Part shown: piece by piece, positions 22,293 to 36,160 of the stretch
How positions within the stretch are numbered: the first letter of the stretch is position 1
Layout: each line of letters starts with the position of its first letter
Source: Eledone cirrhosa
Taxonomy: Eukaryota
Reading direction: 5' to 3'
Assembly (NCBI GenBank): GCA_964016885.1
Contig: OZ024743.1
Span: 307,582,001 to 307,646,000, forward strand
DNA length: 64,000 nucleotides
The notes under the pieces: generated by a model
What the model was told of the DNA's origin: nothing
What the model saw: only the letters and a program-made list of their open reading frames with translations
Databases searched by the model: none
Translations under genes and position numbers: made by a program

Positions 22293-25200
22293 GCATGCCT
22301 TGCTGGATGTGTAAAGTTTGTGTCTGTAAAGGTTTGAAAGATAGGAGGTGAGCATGCCTTGATGGATGTGTAAAGTTTGTGTCTGTAAAGGTTTGAAAGA
22401 TAGGAGGTGAGCATGCCTTGCTGGATGTGTAAAGTTTGTGTCTGTAAAGGTTTGAAAGATAGGAGGTGAGCATGCCTTGATGGATGTGTAAAGTTTGTGT
22501 CTGTAAAGGTTTGAAAGATAGGAGGTGAGCATGCCTTGCTGGATGTGTAAAGTTTGTGTCTGTAAAGGTTTGAAAGATATGAGGTGAGCATGCCCTGCTG
22601 GATGTGTAAAATTTGTGTCTGTAAAGGTTTGAAAGATAGGTGAGCATGCCTTGCTGGATGTGTAAAGTTTGTGTCTGTAAAGGTTTGAAAGATAGGAGGT
22701 GAGCATGCCCTGCTGGATGTGTAAAGTTTGTGTCTGTAAAGGTTTGAAAGATAGGAGGTGAGCATGCCTTGCTGGATGTGTAAAGTTTGTGTCTGTAAAG
22801 GTTTGAAAGATAGGTGAGCATGCCCTGCTGGATGTGTAAAGTTTGTGTCTGTAAAGGTTTGAAAGATAGGTGAGCATGCTCTGCTGGATGTGTAAAGTTT
22901 GTGTCTGTGAAGGTTTGAAAGATAGGTGAGCATACCTTGCTGGATGTGTAAAGTTTGTGTCTGTAAAGGTTTGAAAGATATGAGGTGAGCATGCCCTGCT
23001 GGATGTGTAAAGTTTGTGTCTGTAAAGGTTTGAAAGATAGGTGAGCATGCCTTGCTGGATGTGTAAAGTTTGTGTCTGTAAAGGTTTGAAAGATAGGAGG
23101 TGAGCATACCCTGCTGGATGTGTAAAGTTTGTGTCTGTAAAGGTTTGAAAGATAGGAGGTGAGCATGCCATGCTGGATGTGTAAAGTTTGTGTCTGTACA
23201 GGTTTGAAAGATAGGAGGTGAGCATGTCCTGCTGGATGTGTAAAGTTTGTGTCTGTAAAGGTTTGAAAGATAGGAGGTGAGCATGTCCTGCTGTATGTGT
23301 AAAGTTTGTGTCGGTAAAGGTTTGAAAGATAGGAGGTGAGCATGCCTTGCTGGATGTGTAAAGTTTGTGTCTGTCAAGGTTTGAAAGATAGGAGGTGAGC
23401 ATGCCTTGATGGATGTGTAATGTTTGTGTCTGTAAAGGTTTGAAAGATAGGAGGTGAGCATGCCTTGCTGGATGTATAAAGTTTGTGTCTGTAAAGGTTT
23501 GAAAGATAGGAGGTGAGCATGCCTTGCTGGATGTGTAAAGTTTGTGTCTGTAAAGGTTTGAAAGATAGGATGTGAGCATGCCTTGCTGGATGTGTAAAGT
23601 TTGTGTCTGTAAAGGTTTGAAAGATAGGTGGTGAGCATGCCTTGCTGGATGTGTAAAGTTTGTGTCTGTAAAGATTTGAAAGGTAGGAGGTGAGCATGCC
23701 TTGCTGGATGTGTAAAGTTTGTGTCTGTAAAGGTTTGAAAGATATGAGGTGAGCATGCCCTGCTGGATGTGTAAAGTTTGTGTCTGTAAAGGTTTGAAAG
23801 ATATGAGGTGAGCATGCCCTGCTGGATGTGTAAAGTTTGTGTCTGTAAAGGTTTGAAAGATAGGTGAGCATGCCTTGCTTCATGTGTAAAGTTTGTGTCT
23901 GTAAAGGTTTGAAAGATAGGAGGTGAGCATGCCCTGCTGGATGTGTAAAGTTTGTGTCTGTAAAGGTTTGAAAGATAGGAGGTGAGCATGCCTTGCTAGA
24001 TGTGTAAAGTTTGTGTCTGTAAAGGTTTGAAAGATAGGAGGTGAACATGCCTTGCTGGATGTGTAAACTTTGTGTCTGTAAAGGTTTGAAAGATAGGAGG
24101 TGAGCATGCCCTGCTGGATGTGTAAAGTTTGTGTCTGTAAAGGTTTGAAAGATAGGAGGTGAGCATGCCCTGCTGGATGTGTAAAGTTTGTGTCTGTAAA
24201 TGTTTGAAAGATAGGTGAGCATGCCTTGCTTCATGTGTAAAGTTTGTGTCTGTAAAGGTTTGAAAGGTAGGAGGTGAGCATGCCCTGCTGGATGTGTAAA
24301 GTTTGTGTCTGTAAAGGTTTGAAAGATAGGAGGTGAGCATGCCTTGCTAGATGTGTAAAGTTTGTGTCTGTAAAGGTTTGAAAGGTAGGAGGTGAGCATG
24401 CCCTGCTGGATGTGTAAAGTTTGTGTCTGTAAAGGTTTGAAAGGTAGGAGGTGAGCATGCCTTGCTGGATGTGTAAAGTTTGTGTCTGTAAAGGTTTGAA
24501 AGATAGGAGGTGAGCATGCCTTGCTGGATGTGTAAAGTTTGTGTCTGTAAAGGTTTGAAAGATAGGAGGTGAGCATGCCTTGCTGGATGTGTAAAGTTTG
24601 TGTCTGTAAAGGTTTGAAAGATAGGAGGTGAGCATGCCCTGCTGGATGTGTAAAGTTTGTGTCTGTAAAGGTTTGAAAGATAGGAGGTGAGCATGCCCTG
24701 CTGGATGTGTAAAGTGTGTGTCTGTAAAGGTTTGAAAGATAGGAGGTGAGCATGCCTTGCTGGATGTGTAAAGTTTGTGTCTGTAAAGGTTTGAAAGATA
24801 GGTGAGCATGCCTTGCTTCATGTGTAAAGTTTGTCTGTAAAGGTTTGAAAGATAGGTGAGTATGCCCTGCTGGATGTGTAAAGTTTGTGTCTGTAAAGGT
24901 TTGAAAGATAGGTGAGCATGCCTTGATGGATGTGTAAAGTTTGTGTCTGTAAAGGTTTGAAAGATAGGTGAGCATGCCTTGATGGATGTGTAAAGTTTGT
25001 GTCTGTAAAGGTTTGAAAGATAGGAGGTCAGCATGCCTTGCTGGATGTGTAAAGTTTGTGTCTGTAAAGGTTTGAAAGATAGGTGAGCAAGCCTTGATGG
25101 ATGTGTAAAGTTTGTGTCTGTAAAGGTTTGAAAGATAGGTGAGCATGCCTTGATGGATGTGTAAAGTTTGTGTCTGTAAAGGTTTGAAAGATAGGAGGTG

Positions 25201-28200
25201 AGCATGCCCTGCTGGATGTGTAAAGTTTGTGTCTGTAAAGGTTTGAAAGATAGGAGGTGAGCATGCCTTGCTGGATGTGTAAAGTTTGTGTCTGTAAAGG
25301 TTTGAAAGATATGTGAGCAAGCCTTGATGGATGTGTAAAGTTTGTGTCTGTAAAGGTATGAAAGATAGGAGGTGAGCATGCCCTGCTGGATGTGTAAAGT
25401 TTGTGTCTGTAAAGGTTTGAAAGATAGGTGAGCATGCCTTGCTGGATGTGTAAAGTTTGTGTCTGTAAAGGTTTGAAAGATAGGAGGTGAGCATGCCCTG
25501 CTGGATGTGTAAAGTTTGTGTCTGTAAAGGTTTGAAAGATATGAGGTGAGCATGCCCTGCTGGATGTGTAAAGTTTGTGTCTGTAAAGGTTTGAAAGATA
25601 GGTGAGCATGCCTTGCTGGATGTGTAAAGTTTGTGTCTGTAAAGGTTTGAAAGATAGGAGGTGAGCATGCCCTGCTGGATGTGTAAAGTTTGTGTCTGTA
25701 AAGGTTTGAAAGATAGGAGGTGAGCATGCCTTGCTGGATGTGTAAAGTTTGTGTTTGTAACGGTTTGAAAGATAGGTGAGCATGCTCTGCTGGATGTGTA
25801 AAGTTTGTGTCTGTGAAGGTTTGAAAGATAGGTGAGCATGCCTTGCTGGATGTGTAAAGTTTGTGTCTGTAAAGGTTTGAAAGATAGGAGGTGAGCATGC
25901 CCTGCTGGATGTGTAAAGTTTGTGTCTGTAAAGGTTTGAAAGATAGGAGGTGAGCATGCCCTGCTGGATGTGTAAAGTTTGTGTCTGTAAAGGTTTGAAA
26001 GATAGGAGGTGAGCATGCCCTACTGGATGTGTAAAGTTTGTGTCTGTACAGGTTTGAAAGATAGGAGGTGAGCATGTCCTGCTGGATGTGTAAAGTTTGT
26101 GTCTGTAAAGGTTTGAAAGATAGGAGGTGAGCATGTCCTGCTGGATGTGTAAAGTTTGTGTTGGTAAAGGTTTGAAAGATAGGAGGTGAGCATGCCTTGC
26201 TGGATGTGTAAAGTTTGTGTCTGTCAAGGTTTGAAAGATAGGAGGTGAGCATGCCTTGATGGATGTGTAATGTTTGTGTCTGTAAAGGTTTGAAAGATAG
26301 GAGGTGAGCATGCCTTGCTGGATGTGTAAAGTTTGTGTCTGTAAAGGTTTGAAAGATAGGAGGTGAGCATGCCTTGCTGGATGTGTAAAGTTTGTGTCTG
26401 TAAAGGTTTGAAAGATAGGATGTGAGCATGCCTTGCTGGATGTGTAAAGTTTGTGTCTGTAAAGGTTTGAAAGATAGGTGGTGAGCATGCCTTCCTGGAT
26501 GTGTAAAGTTTGTGTCTGTAAAGGTTTGAAAGGTAGGAGGTGAGCATGCCTTGCTTCATGTGTAAAGTTTGTGTCTGTAAAGGTTTGAAAGATATGAGGT
26601 GAGCATGCCCTGCTGGATGTGTAAAGTTTGTGTCTGTAAAGGTTTGAAAGATATGAGGTGAGCATGCCCTGCTGGATGTGTAAAGTTTGTGTCTGTAAAG
26701 GTTTGAAAGATAGGTGAGCATGCCTTGCTTCATGTGTAAAGTTTGTGTCTGTAAAGGTTTGAAAGATAGGAGGTGAGCATGCCCTGCTGGATGTGTAAAG
26801 TTTGTGTCTGTAAAGGTTTGAAAGATAGGAGGTGAGCATGCCTTGCTAGATGTGTAAAGTTTGTGTCTGTAAAGGTTTGAAAGATAGGAGGTGAACATGC
26901 CTTGCTGGATGTGTAAACTTTGTGTCTGTAAAGGTTTGAAAGATAGGAGGTGAGCATGCCCTGCTGGATGTGTAAAGTTTGTGTCTGTAAATGTTTGAAA
27001 GATAGGTGAGCATGCCTTGCTTCATGTGTAAAGTTTGTGTCTGTAAAGGTTTGAAAGGTAGGAGGTGAGCATGCCCTGCTGGATGTGTAAAGTTTGTGTC
27101 TGAAAAGGTTTGAAAGATAGGAGGTGAGCATGCCTTGCTAGATGTGTAAAGTTTGTGTCTGTAAAGGTTTGAAAGGTAGGAGGTGAGCATGCCCTGCTGG
27201 ATGTGTAAAGTTTGTGTCTGTAAAGGTTTGAAAGGTAGGAGGTGAGCATGCCCTGCTGGATGTGTAAAGTTTGTGTCTGTAAAGGTTTGAAAGATAGGAG
27301 GTGAGCATGCCTTGCTGGATGTGTAAAGTTTGTGTCTGTAAAGGTTTGAAAGATAGGAGGTGAGCATGCCTTGCTGGATGTGTAAAGTTTGTGTCTGTAA
27401 AGGTTTGAAAGATAGGAGGTGAGCATGCCCTGCTGGATGTGTAAAGTTTGTGTCTGTAAAGGTTTGAAAGATAGGAGGTGAGCATGCCCTGCTGGATGTG
27501 TAAAGTGTGTGTCTGTAAAGGTTTGAAAGATAGGAGGTGAGCATGCCTTGCTGGATGTGTAAAGTTTGTGTCTGTAAAGGTTTGAAAGATAGGAGGTGAG
27601 CATGCCCTGCTGGATGTGTAAAGTTTGTGTCTGTAAAGGTTTGAAAGATAGGTGAGCATGCCTTGCTGGATGTGTAAAGTTTGTGTCTGTAAAGGTTTGA
27701 AAGATAGGAGGTGAGCATGCCCTGCTGGATGTGTAAAGTTTGTGTCTGTAAAGGTTTGAAAGATAGGAGGTGAGCATGCCCTACTGGATGTGTAAAGTTT
27801 GTGTCTGTACAGGTTTGAAAGATAGGAGGTGAGCATGTCCTGCTGGATGTGTAAAGTTTGTGTCTGTAAAGGTTTGAAAGATAGGAGGTGAGCATGTCCT
27901 GCTGGATGTGTAAAGTTTGTGTTGGTAAAGGTTTGAAAGATAGGAGGTGAGCATGCCTTGCTGGATGTGTAAAGTTTGTGTCTGTCAAGGTTTGAAAGAT
28001 AGGAGGTGAGCATGCCTTGATGGATGTGTAATGTTTGTGTCTGTAAAGGTTTGAAAGATAGGAGGTGAGCATGCCTTGCTGGATGTGTAAAGTTTGTGTC
28101 TGTAAAGGTTTGAAAGATAGGAGGTGAGCATGCCTTGCTGGATGTGTAAAGTTTGTGTCTGTAAAGGTTTGAAAGATAGGATGTGAGCATGCCTTGCTGG

Positions 28201-31200
28201 ATGTGTAAAGTTTGTGTCTGTAAAGGTTTGAAAGATAGGTGGTGAGCATGCCTTGCTGGATGTGTAAAGTTTGTGTCTGTAAAGGTTTGAAAGGTAGGAG
28301 GTGAGCATGCCTTGCTGGATGTGTAAAGTTTGTGTCTGTAAAGGTTTGAAAGATATGAGGTGAGCATGCCCTGCTGGATGTGTAAAGTTTGTGTCTGTAA
28401 AGTTTGAAAGATATGAGGTGAGCATGCCCTGCTGGATGTGTAAAGTTTGTGTCTGTAAAGGTTTGAAAGATAGGTGAGCATGCCTTGCTTCATGTGTAAA
28501 GTTTGTGTCTGTAAAGGTTTGAAAGATAGGAGGTGAACATGCCTTGCTGGATGTGTAAACTTTGTGTCTGTAAAGGTTTGAAAGATAGGAGGTGAGCATG
28601 CCCTGCTGGATGTGTAAAGTTTGTGTCTGTAAAGGTTTGAAAGATAGGAGGTGAGCATGCCCTGCTGGATGTGTAAAGTTTGTGTCTGTAAATGTTTGAA
28701 AGATAGGTGAGCATGCCTTGCTTCATGTGTAAAGGTTTGAAAGGTAGGAGGTGAGCATGCCTTGCTTCATGTGTAAAGTTTGTGTCTGTAAAGGTTTGAA
28801 AGGTAGGAGGTGAGCATGCCCTGCTGGATGTGTAAAGTTTGTGTCTGAAAAGGTTTGAAAGATAGGAGGTGAGCATGCCTTGCTAGATGTGTAAAGTTTG
28901 TGTCTGTAAAGGTTTGAAAGGTAGGAGGTGAGCATGCCCTGCTGGATGTGTAAAGTTTGTGTCTGTAAAGGTTTGAAAGGTAGGAGGTGAGCATGCCCTG
29001 CTGGATGTGTAAAGTTTGTGTCTGTAAAGGTTTGAAAGATAGGAGGTGAGCATGCCTTGCTGGATGTGTAAAGTTTGTGTCTGTAAAGGTTTGAAAGATA
29101 GGAGGTGAGCATGCCTTGCTGGATGTGTAAAGTTTGTGTCTGTAAAGGTTTGAAAGATAGGAGGTGAGCATGCCCTGCTGGATGTGTAAAGTTTGTGTCT
29201 GTAAAGGTTTGAAAGATAGGAGGTGAGCATGCCCTGCTGGATGTGTAAAGTGTGTGTCTGTAAAGGTTTGAAAGATAGGAGGTGAGCATGCCTTGCTGGA
29301 TGTGTAAAGTTTGTGTCTGTAAAGGTTTGAAAGATAGGTGAGCATGCCTTGCTTCATGTGTAAAGTTTGTCTGTAAAGTTTTGAAAGATAGGTGAGCATG
29401 CCTTGATGGATGTGTAAAGTTTGTGTCTGTAAAGGTTTGAAAGATAGGTGAGCATGCCTTGATGGATGTGTAAAGTTTGTGTCTGTAAAGGTTTGAAAGA
29501 TAGGAGGTGAGTATGCCCTGCTGGATGTGTAAAGTTTGTGTCTGTAAAGGTTTGAAAGATAGGTGAGCATGCCTTGATGGATGTGTAAAGTTTGTGTCTG
29601 TAAAGGTTTGAAAGATAGGTGAGCATGCCTTGATGGATGTGTAAAGTTTGTGTCTGTAAAGGTTTGAAAGATAGGAGGTCAGCATGCCTTGCTGGATGTG
29701 TAAAGTTTGTGTCTGTAAAGGTTTGAAAGATAGGTGAGCAAGCCTTGATGGATGTGTAAAGTTTGTGTCTGTAAAGTTTTGAAAGATAGGTGAGCATGCC
29801 TTGATGGATGTGTAAAGTTTGTGTCTGTAAAGGTTTGAAAGATAGGAGGTGAGCATGCCCTGCTGGATGTGTAAAGTTTGTGTCTGTAAAGGTTTGAAAG
29901 ATAGGAGGTGAGCATGCCCTGCTGGATGTGTAAAGTTTGTGTCTGTACAGGTTTGAAAGATAGGAGGTGAGCATGTCCTGCTGGATGTGTAAAGTTTGTG
30001 TCTGTAAAGGTTTGAAAGGTAGGAGGTGAGCATGCCTTGCTGGATGTGTAAAGTTTGTGTCTGAAAAGGTTTGAAAGATAGGAGGTGAGCATGCCTTGCT
30101 AGATGTGTAAAGTTTGTGTCTGTAAAGGTTTGAAAGGTAGGAGGTGAGCATGCCTTGCTGGATGTGTAAAGTTTGTGTCTGTAAAGGTTTGAAAGATAGG
30201 AGGTGAGCCTGCCCTGCTGGATGTGTAAAGTTTGTGTCTGTAAAGGTTTGAAAGATAGGAGGTGAGCATGCCCTGCTGGATGTGTAAAGTGTGTGTCTGT
30301 AAAGGTTTGAAAGATAGGAGGTGAGCATGCCTTGCTGGATGTGTAAAGTTTGTGTCTGTAAAGGTTTGAAAGATAGGAGGTGAGCATGCCCTGCTGGATG
30401 TGTAAAGTTTGTGTCTGTAAAGGTTTGAAAGATAGGTGAGCATGCCTTGCTGGATGTGTAAAGTTTGTGTCTGTAAAGGTTTGAAAGATAGGAGGTGAGC
30501 ATGCCCTGCTGGATGTGTAAAGTTTGTGTCTGTAAAGGTTTGAAAGATAGGAGGTGAGCATGCCCTACTGGATGTGTAAAGTTTGTGTCTGTACAGGTTT
30601 GAAAGATAGGAGGTGAGCATGTCCTGCTGGATGTGTAAAGTTTGTGTCTGTAAAGGTTTGAAAGATAGGAGGTGAGCATGTCCTGCTGGATGTGTAAAGT
30701 TTGTGTCTGTCAAGGTTTGAAAGATAGGAGGTGAGCATGCCTTGATGGATGTGTAATGTTTGTGTCTGTAAAGGTTTGAAAGATAGGAGGTGAGCATGCC
30801 TTGCTGGATGTGTAAAGTTTGTGTCTGTCAAGGTTTGAAAGATAGGAGGTGAGCATGCCTTGATGGATGTGTAATGTTTGTGTCTGTAAAGGTTTGAAAG
30901 ATAGGAGGTGAGCATGCCTTGCTGGATGTGTAAAGTTTGTGTCTGTAAAGGTTTGAAAGATAGGAGGTGAGCATGCCTTGCTGGATGTGTAAAGTTTGTG
31001 TCTGTAAAGGTTTGAAAGATAGGATGTGAGCATGCCTTGCTGGATGTGTAAAGTTTGTGTCTGTAAAGGTTTGAAAGATAGGTGGTGAGCATGCCTTGCT
31101 GGATGTGTAAAGTTTGTGTCTGTAAAGGTTTGAAAGGTAGGAGGTGAGCATGCCTTGCTGGATGTGTAAAGTTTGTGTCTGTAAAGGTTTGAAAGATATG

Positions 31201-31620
31201 AGGTGAGCATGCCCTGCTTGATGTGTAAAGTTTGTGTCTGTAAAGGTTTGAAAGATATGAGGTGAGCATGCCCTGCTGGATGTGTAAAGTTTGTGTCTGT
31301 AAAGGTTTGAAAGATAGGTGAGCATGCCTTGCTTCATGTGTAAAGTTTGTGTCTGTAAAGGTTTGAAAGATAGGAGGTGAGCATGCCCTGCTGGATGTGT
31401 AAAGTTTGTGTCTGTAAAGGTTTGAAAGATAGGTGAGCATGCCTTGCTAGATGTGTAAAGTTTGTGTCTGTAAAGGTTTGAAAGATAGGAGGTGAACATG
31501 CCTTGCTGGATGTGTAAACTTTGTGTCTGTAAAGGTTTGAAAGATAGGAGGTGAGCATGCCCTGCTGGATGTGTAAAGTTTGTGTCTGTAAAGGTTTGAA
31601 AGATAGGAGGTGAGCATGCC
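22293..31620. repeat. ~9.3-kb segmental copy of 4437-~13690 (offset 17929), extending left to match 1-73 (offset 22292)
   Basis: Stops and variants recur at +17929: 5445/23374, 8295/26224, 10561/28490, 10794/28723, 12781/30710, 13405/31334. The copies share the rare 44-bp monomer and a 1-bp deletion (~10471/28400). Few private differences (10040 G>C, 30209 A>C, 13641 G>C, 3-bp indel ~31430). Confidence 0.92.
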
Positions 31621-32559
31621 CTACTGGATGTGTAAAGTTTGTGTCTGTACAGGTTTGAAAGATAGGAGGTGAGCATGTCCTGCTGGATGTGTAAAGTTTG
31701 TGTCTGTAAAGGTTTGAAAGATAGGAGGTGAGCATGCCTTGCTGGATGTGTAAAGTTTGTGTCTGTAAAGGTTTGAAAGATAGGAGGTGAGCATGACTTG
31801 CTGGATGTGTAAAGTTTGTGTCTGTAAAGGTTTGAAAGATAGGAGGTGAGCATGCCCTGCTGGATGTGTAAAGTGTGTGTCTGTAAAGGTTTGAAAGATA
31901 GGAGGTGAGCATGCCTTGCTGGATGTGTAAAGTTTGTGTCTGTAAAGGTTTGAAAGGTAGGAGGTGAGCATGCCTTGCTGGATGTGTAAAGTTTGTGTCT
32001 GTAAAGGTTTGAAAGGTAGGAGGTGAGCATGCCCTGCTGGATGTGTAAAGTTTGTGTCTGTAAAGGTTTGAAAGATAGGAGGTGAGCATGCCCTGCTGGA
32101 TGTGTAAAGTGTGTGTCTGTAAAGGTTTGAAAGATAGGAGGTGAGCATGCCTTGCTGGATGTGTAAAGTTTGTGTCTGTAAAGGTTTGAAAGATAGGAGG
32201 TGAGCATGCCCTGCTGGATGTGTAAAGTTTGTGTCTGTAAAGGTTTGAAAGATAGGAGGTGAGCATGCCCTACTGGATGTGTAAAGTTTGTGTCTGTACA
32301 GGTTTGAAAGATAGGAGGTGAGCATGTCCTGCTGGATGTGTAAAGTTTGTGTCTGTAAAGGTTTGAAAGATAGGAGGTGAGCATGTCCTGCTGGATGTGT
32401 AAAGTTTGTGTTGGTAAAGGTTTGAAAGATAGGAGGTGAGCATGCCTTGCTGGATGTGTAAAGTTTGTGTCTGTCAAGGTTTGAAAGATAGGAGGTGAGC
32501 ATGCCCTGCTGGATGTGTAAAGTGTGTGTCTGTAAAGGTTTGAAAGATAGGAGGTGAGC

Positions 32560-35500
32560 ATGCCTTGATGGATGTGTAAAGTTTGTGTCTGTAAAGGTTT
32601 GAAAGATAGGAGGTGAGCATGCCCTGCTGGATGTGTAAAGTTTGTGTCTGTAAAGGTTTGAAAGATAGGTGAGCAAGCCTTGCTGGATGTGTAAAGTTTG
32701 TGTCTGTAAAGGTTTGAAAGATAGGTGAGCAAGCCTTGATGGATGTGTAAAGTTTGTGTCTGTAAAGGTATGAAAGATAGGAGGTGAGCATGCCCTGCTG
32801 GATGTGTAAACTTTGTGTCTGTAAAGGTTTGAAAGATAGGTGAGCATGCCTTGCTGGATGTGTAAAGTTTGTGTCTGTAAAGGTTTGAAAGATAGGAGGT
32901 GAGCATGCCCTGCTGGATGTGTAAAGTTTGTGTCTGTAAAGGTTTGAAAGATAGGAGGTGAGCATGCCTTGCTGGATGTGTAAAGTTTGTGTCTGTAAAG
33001 GTTTGAAAGATAGGTGAGCATGCCTTGCTGGATGTGTAAAGTTTGTGTCTGTAAAGGTTTGAAAGATAGGTGAGCATGCCTTGCTGGATGTGTAAAGTTT
33101 GTGTCTGTAAAGGTTTGAAAGATAGGAGGTGAGCATGCCCTGCTGGATGTGTAAAGTTTGTGTCTGTAAAGGTTTGAAAGATAGGAGGTGAGCATGCCCT
33201 GCTGGACGTGTAAAGTTTGTGTCTGTAAATGTTTGAAAGATAGGAGGTGAGCATGCCTTGCTTCATGTGTAAAGTTTGTGTCTGTAAAGGTTTGAAAGGT
33301 AGGAGGTGAGCATGCCCTGCTGGATGTGTAAAGTTTGTGTCTGAAAAGGTTTGAAAGATAGGAGGTGAGCATGCCTTGCTAGATGTGTAAAGTTTGTGTC
33401 TGTAAAGGTTTGAAAGGTAGGAGGTGAGCATGCCCTGCTGGATGTGTAAAGTTTGTGTCTGTAAAGGTTTGAAAGGTAGGAGGTGAGCATGCCCTGCTGG
33501 ATGTGTAAAGTTTGTGTCTGTAAAGGTTTGAAAGATAGGAGGTGAGCATGCCCTGCTGGATGTGTAAAGTTTGTGTCTGTAAAGGTTAGAAAGATAGGAG
33601 GTGAGCATGCCTTGCTGGATGTGTAATGTTTGTGTCTGTAAAGGTTTGAAAGGTAGGAGGTGAGCATGCCCTGCTGGATGTGTAAAGTTTGTGTCTGTAA
33701 AGGTTAGAAAGATAGGAGGTGAGCATGCCTTGCTGGATGTGTAAAGTTTGTGTCTGTAAAGGTTTGAAAGATAGGAGGTGAGCATGCCTTGCTGGATGTG
33801 TAAAGTTTGTGTCTGTAAAGGTTTGAAAGGTAGGAGGTGAGCATGCCCTGCTGGATGTGTAAAGTTTGTGTCTGTAAAGGTTTGAAAGGTAGGAGGTGAG
33901 CATGCCCTGCTGGATGTGTAAAGTTTGTGTCTGTAAAGGTTTGAAAGATAGGAGGTGAGCATGCCCTGCTGGATGTGTAAAGTTTGTGTCTGTAAAGGTT
34001 TGAAAGGTAGGAGGTGAGCATGCCCTGCTGGATGTGTAAAGTTTGTGTCTGTAAAGGTTTGAAAGATAGGTGGTGAGCATGCCTTGCTGGATGTGTAAAG
34101 TTTGTGTCTGTAAAGGTTTGAAAGATAGGAGGTGAGCATGCCTTGCTGGATGTGTAAAGTTTGTGTCTGTAAAGGTTTGAAAGGTAGGAGGTGAGCATGC
34201 CTTGCTGGATGTGTAAAGTTTGTGTCTGTAAATGTTTGAAAGATAAGTGAGCATGCCTTGCTTCATGTGTAAAGTTTGTGTCTGTAAAGGTTTGAAAGAT
34301 AGGATGTGAGCATGCATTGATGGATGTGTAAAGTTTGTGACTGTAAATGTTTGAAAGATAGGTGAGCATGCCTTGCTTCATGTGTAAAGTTTGTGTCTGT
34401 AAAGGTTTGAAAGGTAGGAGGTGAGCATGCCTTGCTGGATGTGTAAAGTTTGTGTCTGTAAAGGTTTGAAAGATATGAGGTGAGCATGCCCTGCTGGATG
34501 TGTAAAGTTTGTGTCTGTAAAGGTTTGAAAGATATGAGGTGAGCATGCCCTGCTGGATGTGTAAAGTTTGTGTCTGTAAAGGTTTGAAAGATAGGTGAGC
34601 ATGCCTTGCTTCATGTGTAAAGTTTGTGTCTGTAAAGGTTTGAAAGATAGGAGGTGAGCATGCCCTGCTGGATGTGTAAAGTTTGTGTCTGTAAAGGTTT
34701 GAAAGATAGGAGGTGAGCATGCCTTGCTAGATGTGTAAAGTTTGTGTCTGTAAAGGTTTGAAAGATAGGAGGTGAACATGCCTTGCTGGATGTGTAAACT
34801 TTGTGTCTGTAAAGGTTTGAAAGATAGGAGGTGAGCATGCCCTGCTGGATGTGTAAAGTTTGTGTCTGTAAAGGTTTGAAAGATAGGAGGTGAGCATGCC
34901 CTGCTGGATGTGTAAAGTTTGTGTCTGTAAATGTTTGAAAGATAGGTGAGCATGCCTTGTTTCATGTGTAAAGTTTGTGTCTGTAAAGGTTTGAAAGGTA
35001 GGAGGTGAGCATGCCCTGCTGGATGTGTAAAGTTTGTGTCTGAAAAGGTTTGAAAGATAGGAGGTGAGCATGCCTTGCTAGATGTGTAAAGTTTGTGTCT
35101 GTAAAGGTTTGAAAGGTAGCAGGTGAGCATGCCCTGCTGGATGTGTAAAGTTTGTGTCTGTAAAGGTTTGAAAGGTAGGAGGTGAGCATGCCCTGCTGGA
35201 TGTGTAAAGTTTGTGTCTGTAAAGGTTTGAAAGATAGGAGGTGAGCATGCCTTGCTGGATGTGTAAAGTTTGTGTCTGTAAAGGTTTGAAAGATAGGAGG
35301 TGAGCATGCCCTGCTGGATGTGTAAAGTTTGTGTCTGTAAAGGTTTGAAAGATAGGAGGTGAGCATGCCCTGCTGGATGTGTAAAGTGTGTGTCTGTAAA
35401 GGTTTGAAAGATAGGAGGTGAGCATGCCTTGCTGGATGTGTAAAGTTTGTGTCTGTAAAGGTTTGAAAGATAGGAGGTGAGCATGCCTTGCTTCATGTGT

Positions 35501-36160
35501 AAAGTTTGTCTGTAAAGTTTTGAAAGATAGGTGAGCATGCCTTGATGGATGTGTAAAGTTTGTGTCTGTAAAGGTTTGAAAGATAGGTGAGCATGCCTTG
35601 ATGGATGTGTAAAGTTTGTGTCTGTAAAGGTTTGAAAGATAGGAGGTGAGTATGCCCTGCTGGATGTGTAAAGTTTGTGTCTGTAAAGGTTTGAAAGATA
35701 GGTGAGCATGCCTTGATGGATGTGTAAAGTTTGTGTCTGTAAAGGTTTGAAAGATAGGTGAGCATGCCTTGATGGATGTGTAAAGTTTGTGTCTGTAAAG
35801 GTTTGAAAGATAGGAGGTCAGCATGCCTTGCTGGATGTGTAAAGTTTGTGTCTGTAAAGGTTTGAAAGATAGGTGAGCAAGCCTTGATGGATGTGTAAAG
35901 TTTGTGTCTGTAAAGGTTTGAAAGATAGGTGAGCATGCCTTGATGGATGTGTAAAGTTTGTGTCTGTAAAGGTTTGAAAGATAGGAGGTGAGCATGCCCT
36001 GCTGGATGTGTAAAGTTTGTGTCTGTAAAGGTTTGAAAGATAGGAGGTGAGCATGCCCTGCTGGATGTGTAAAGTTTGTGTCTGTACAGGTTTGAAAGAT
36101 AGGAGGTGAGCATGTCCTGCTGGATGTGTAAAGTTTGTGTCTGTCAAGGTTTGAAAGATA
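32560..36160. repeat. ~3.6-kb block duplicated at ~44190-48615, the distal copy carrying an extra 820 bp (14 monomers)
   Basis: Offset 11633 (33263/44896, 33586/45219, 33704/45337) switches to 12453 (34263/46716, 34962/47415, 36144/48597). Markers seen only in these two copies: GATAAGTG, CATGCATTG, GTGACTG, CTTGTTTCA, GTAGCAGG. Confidence 0.88.
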
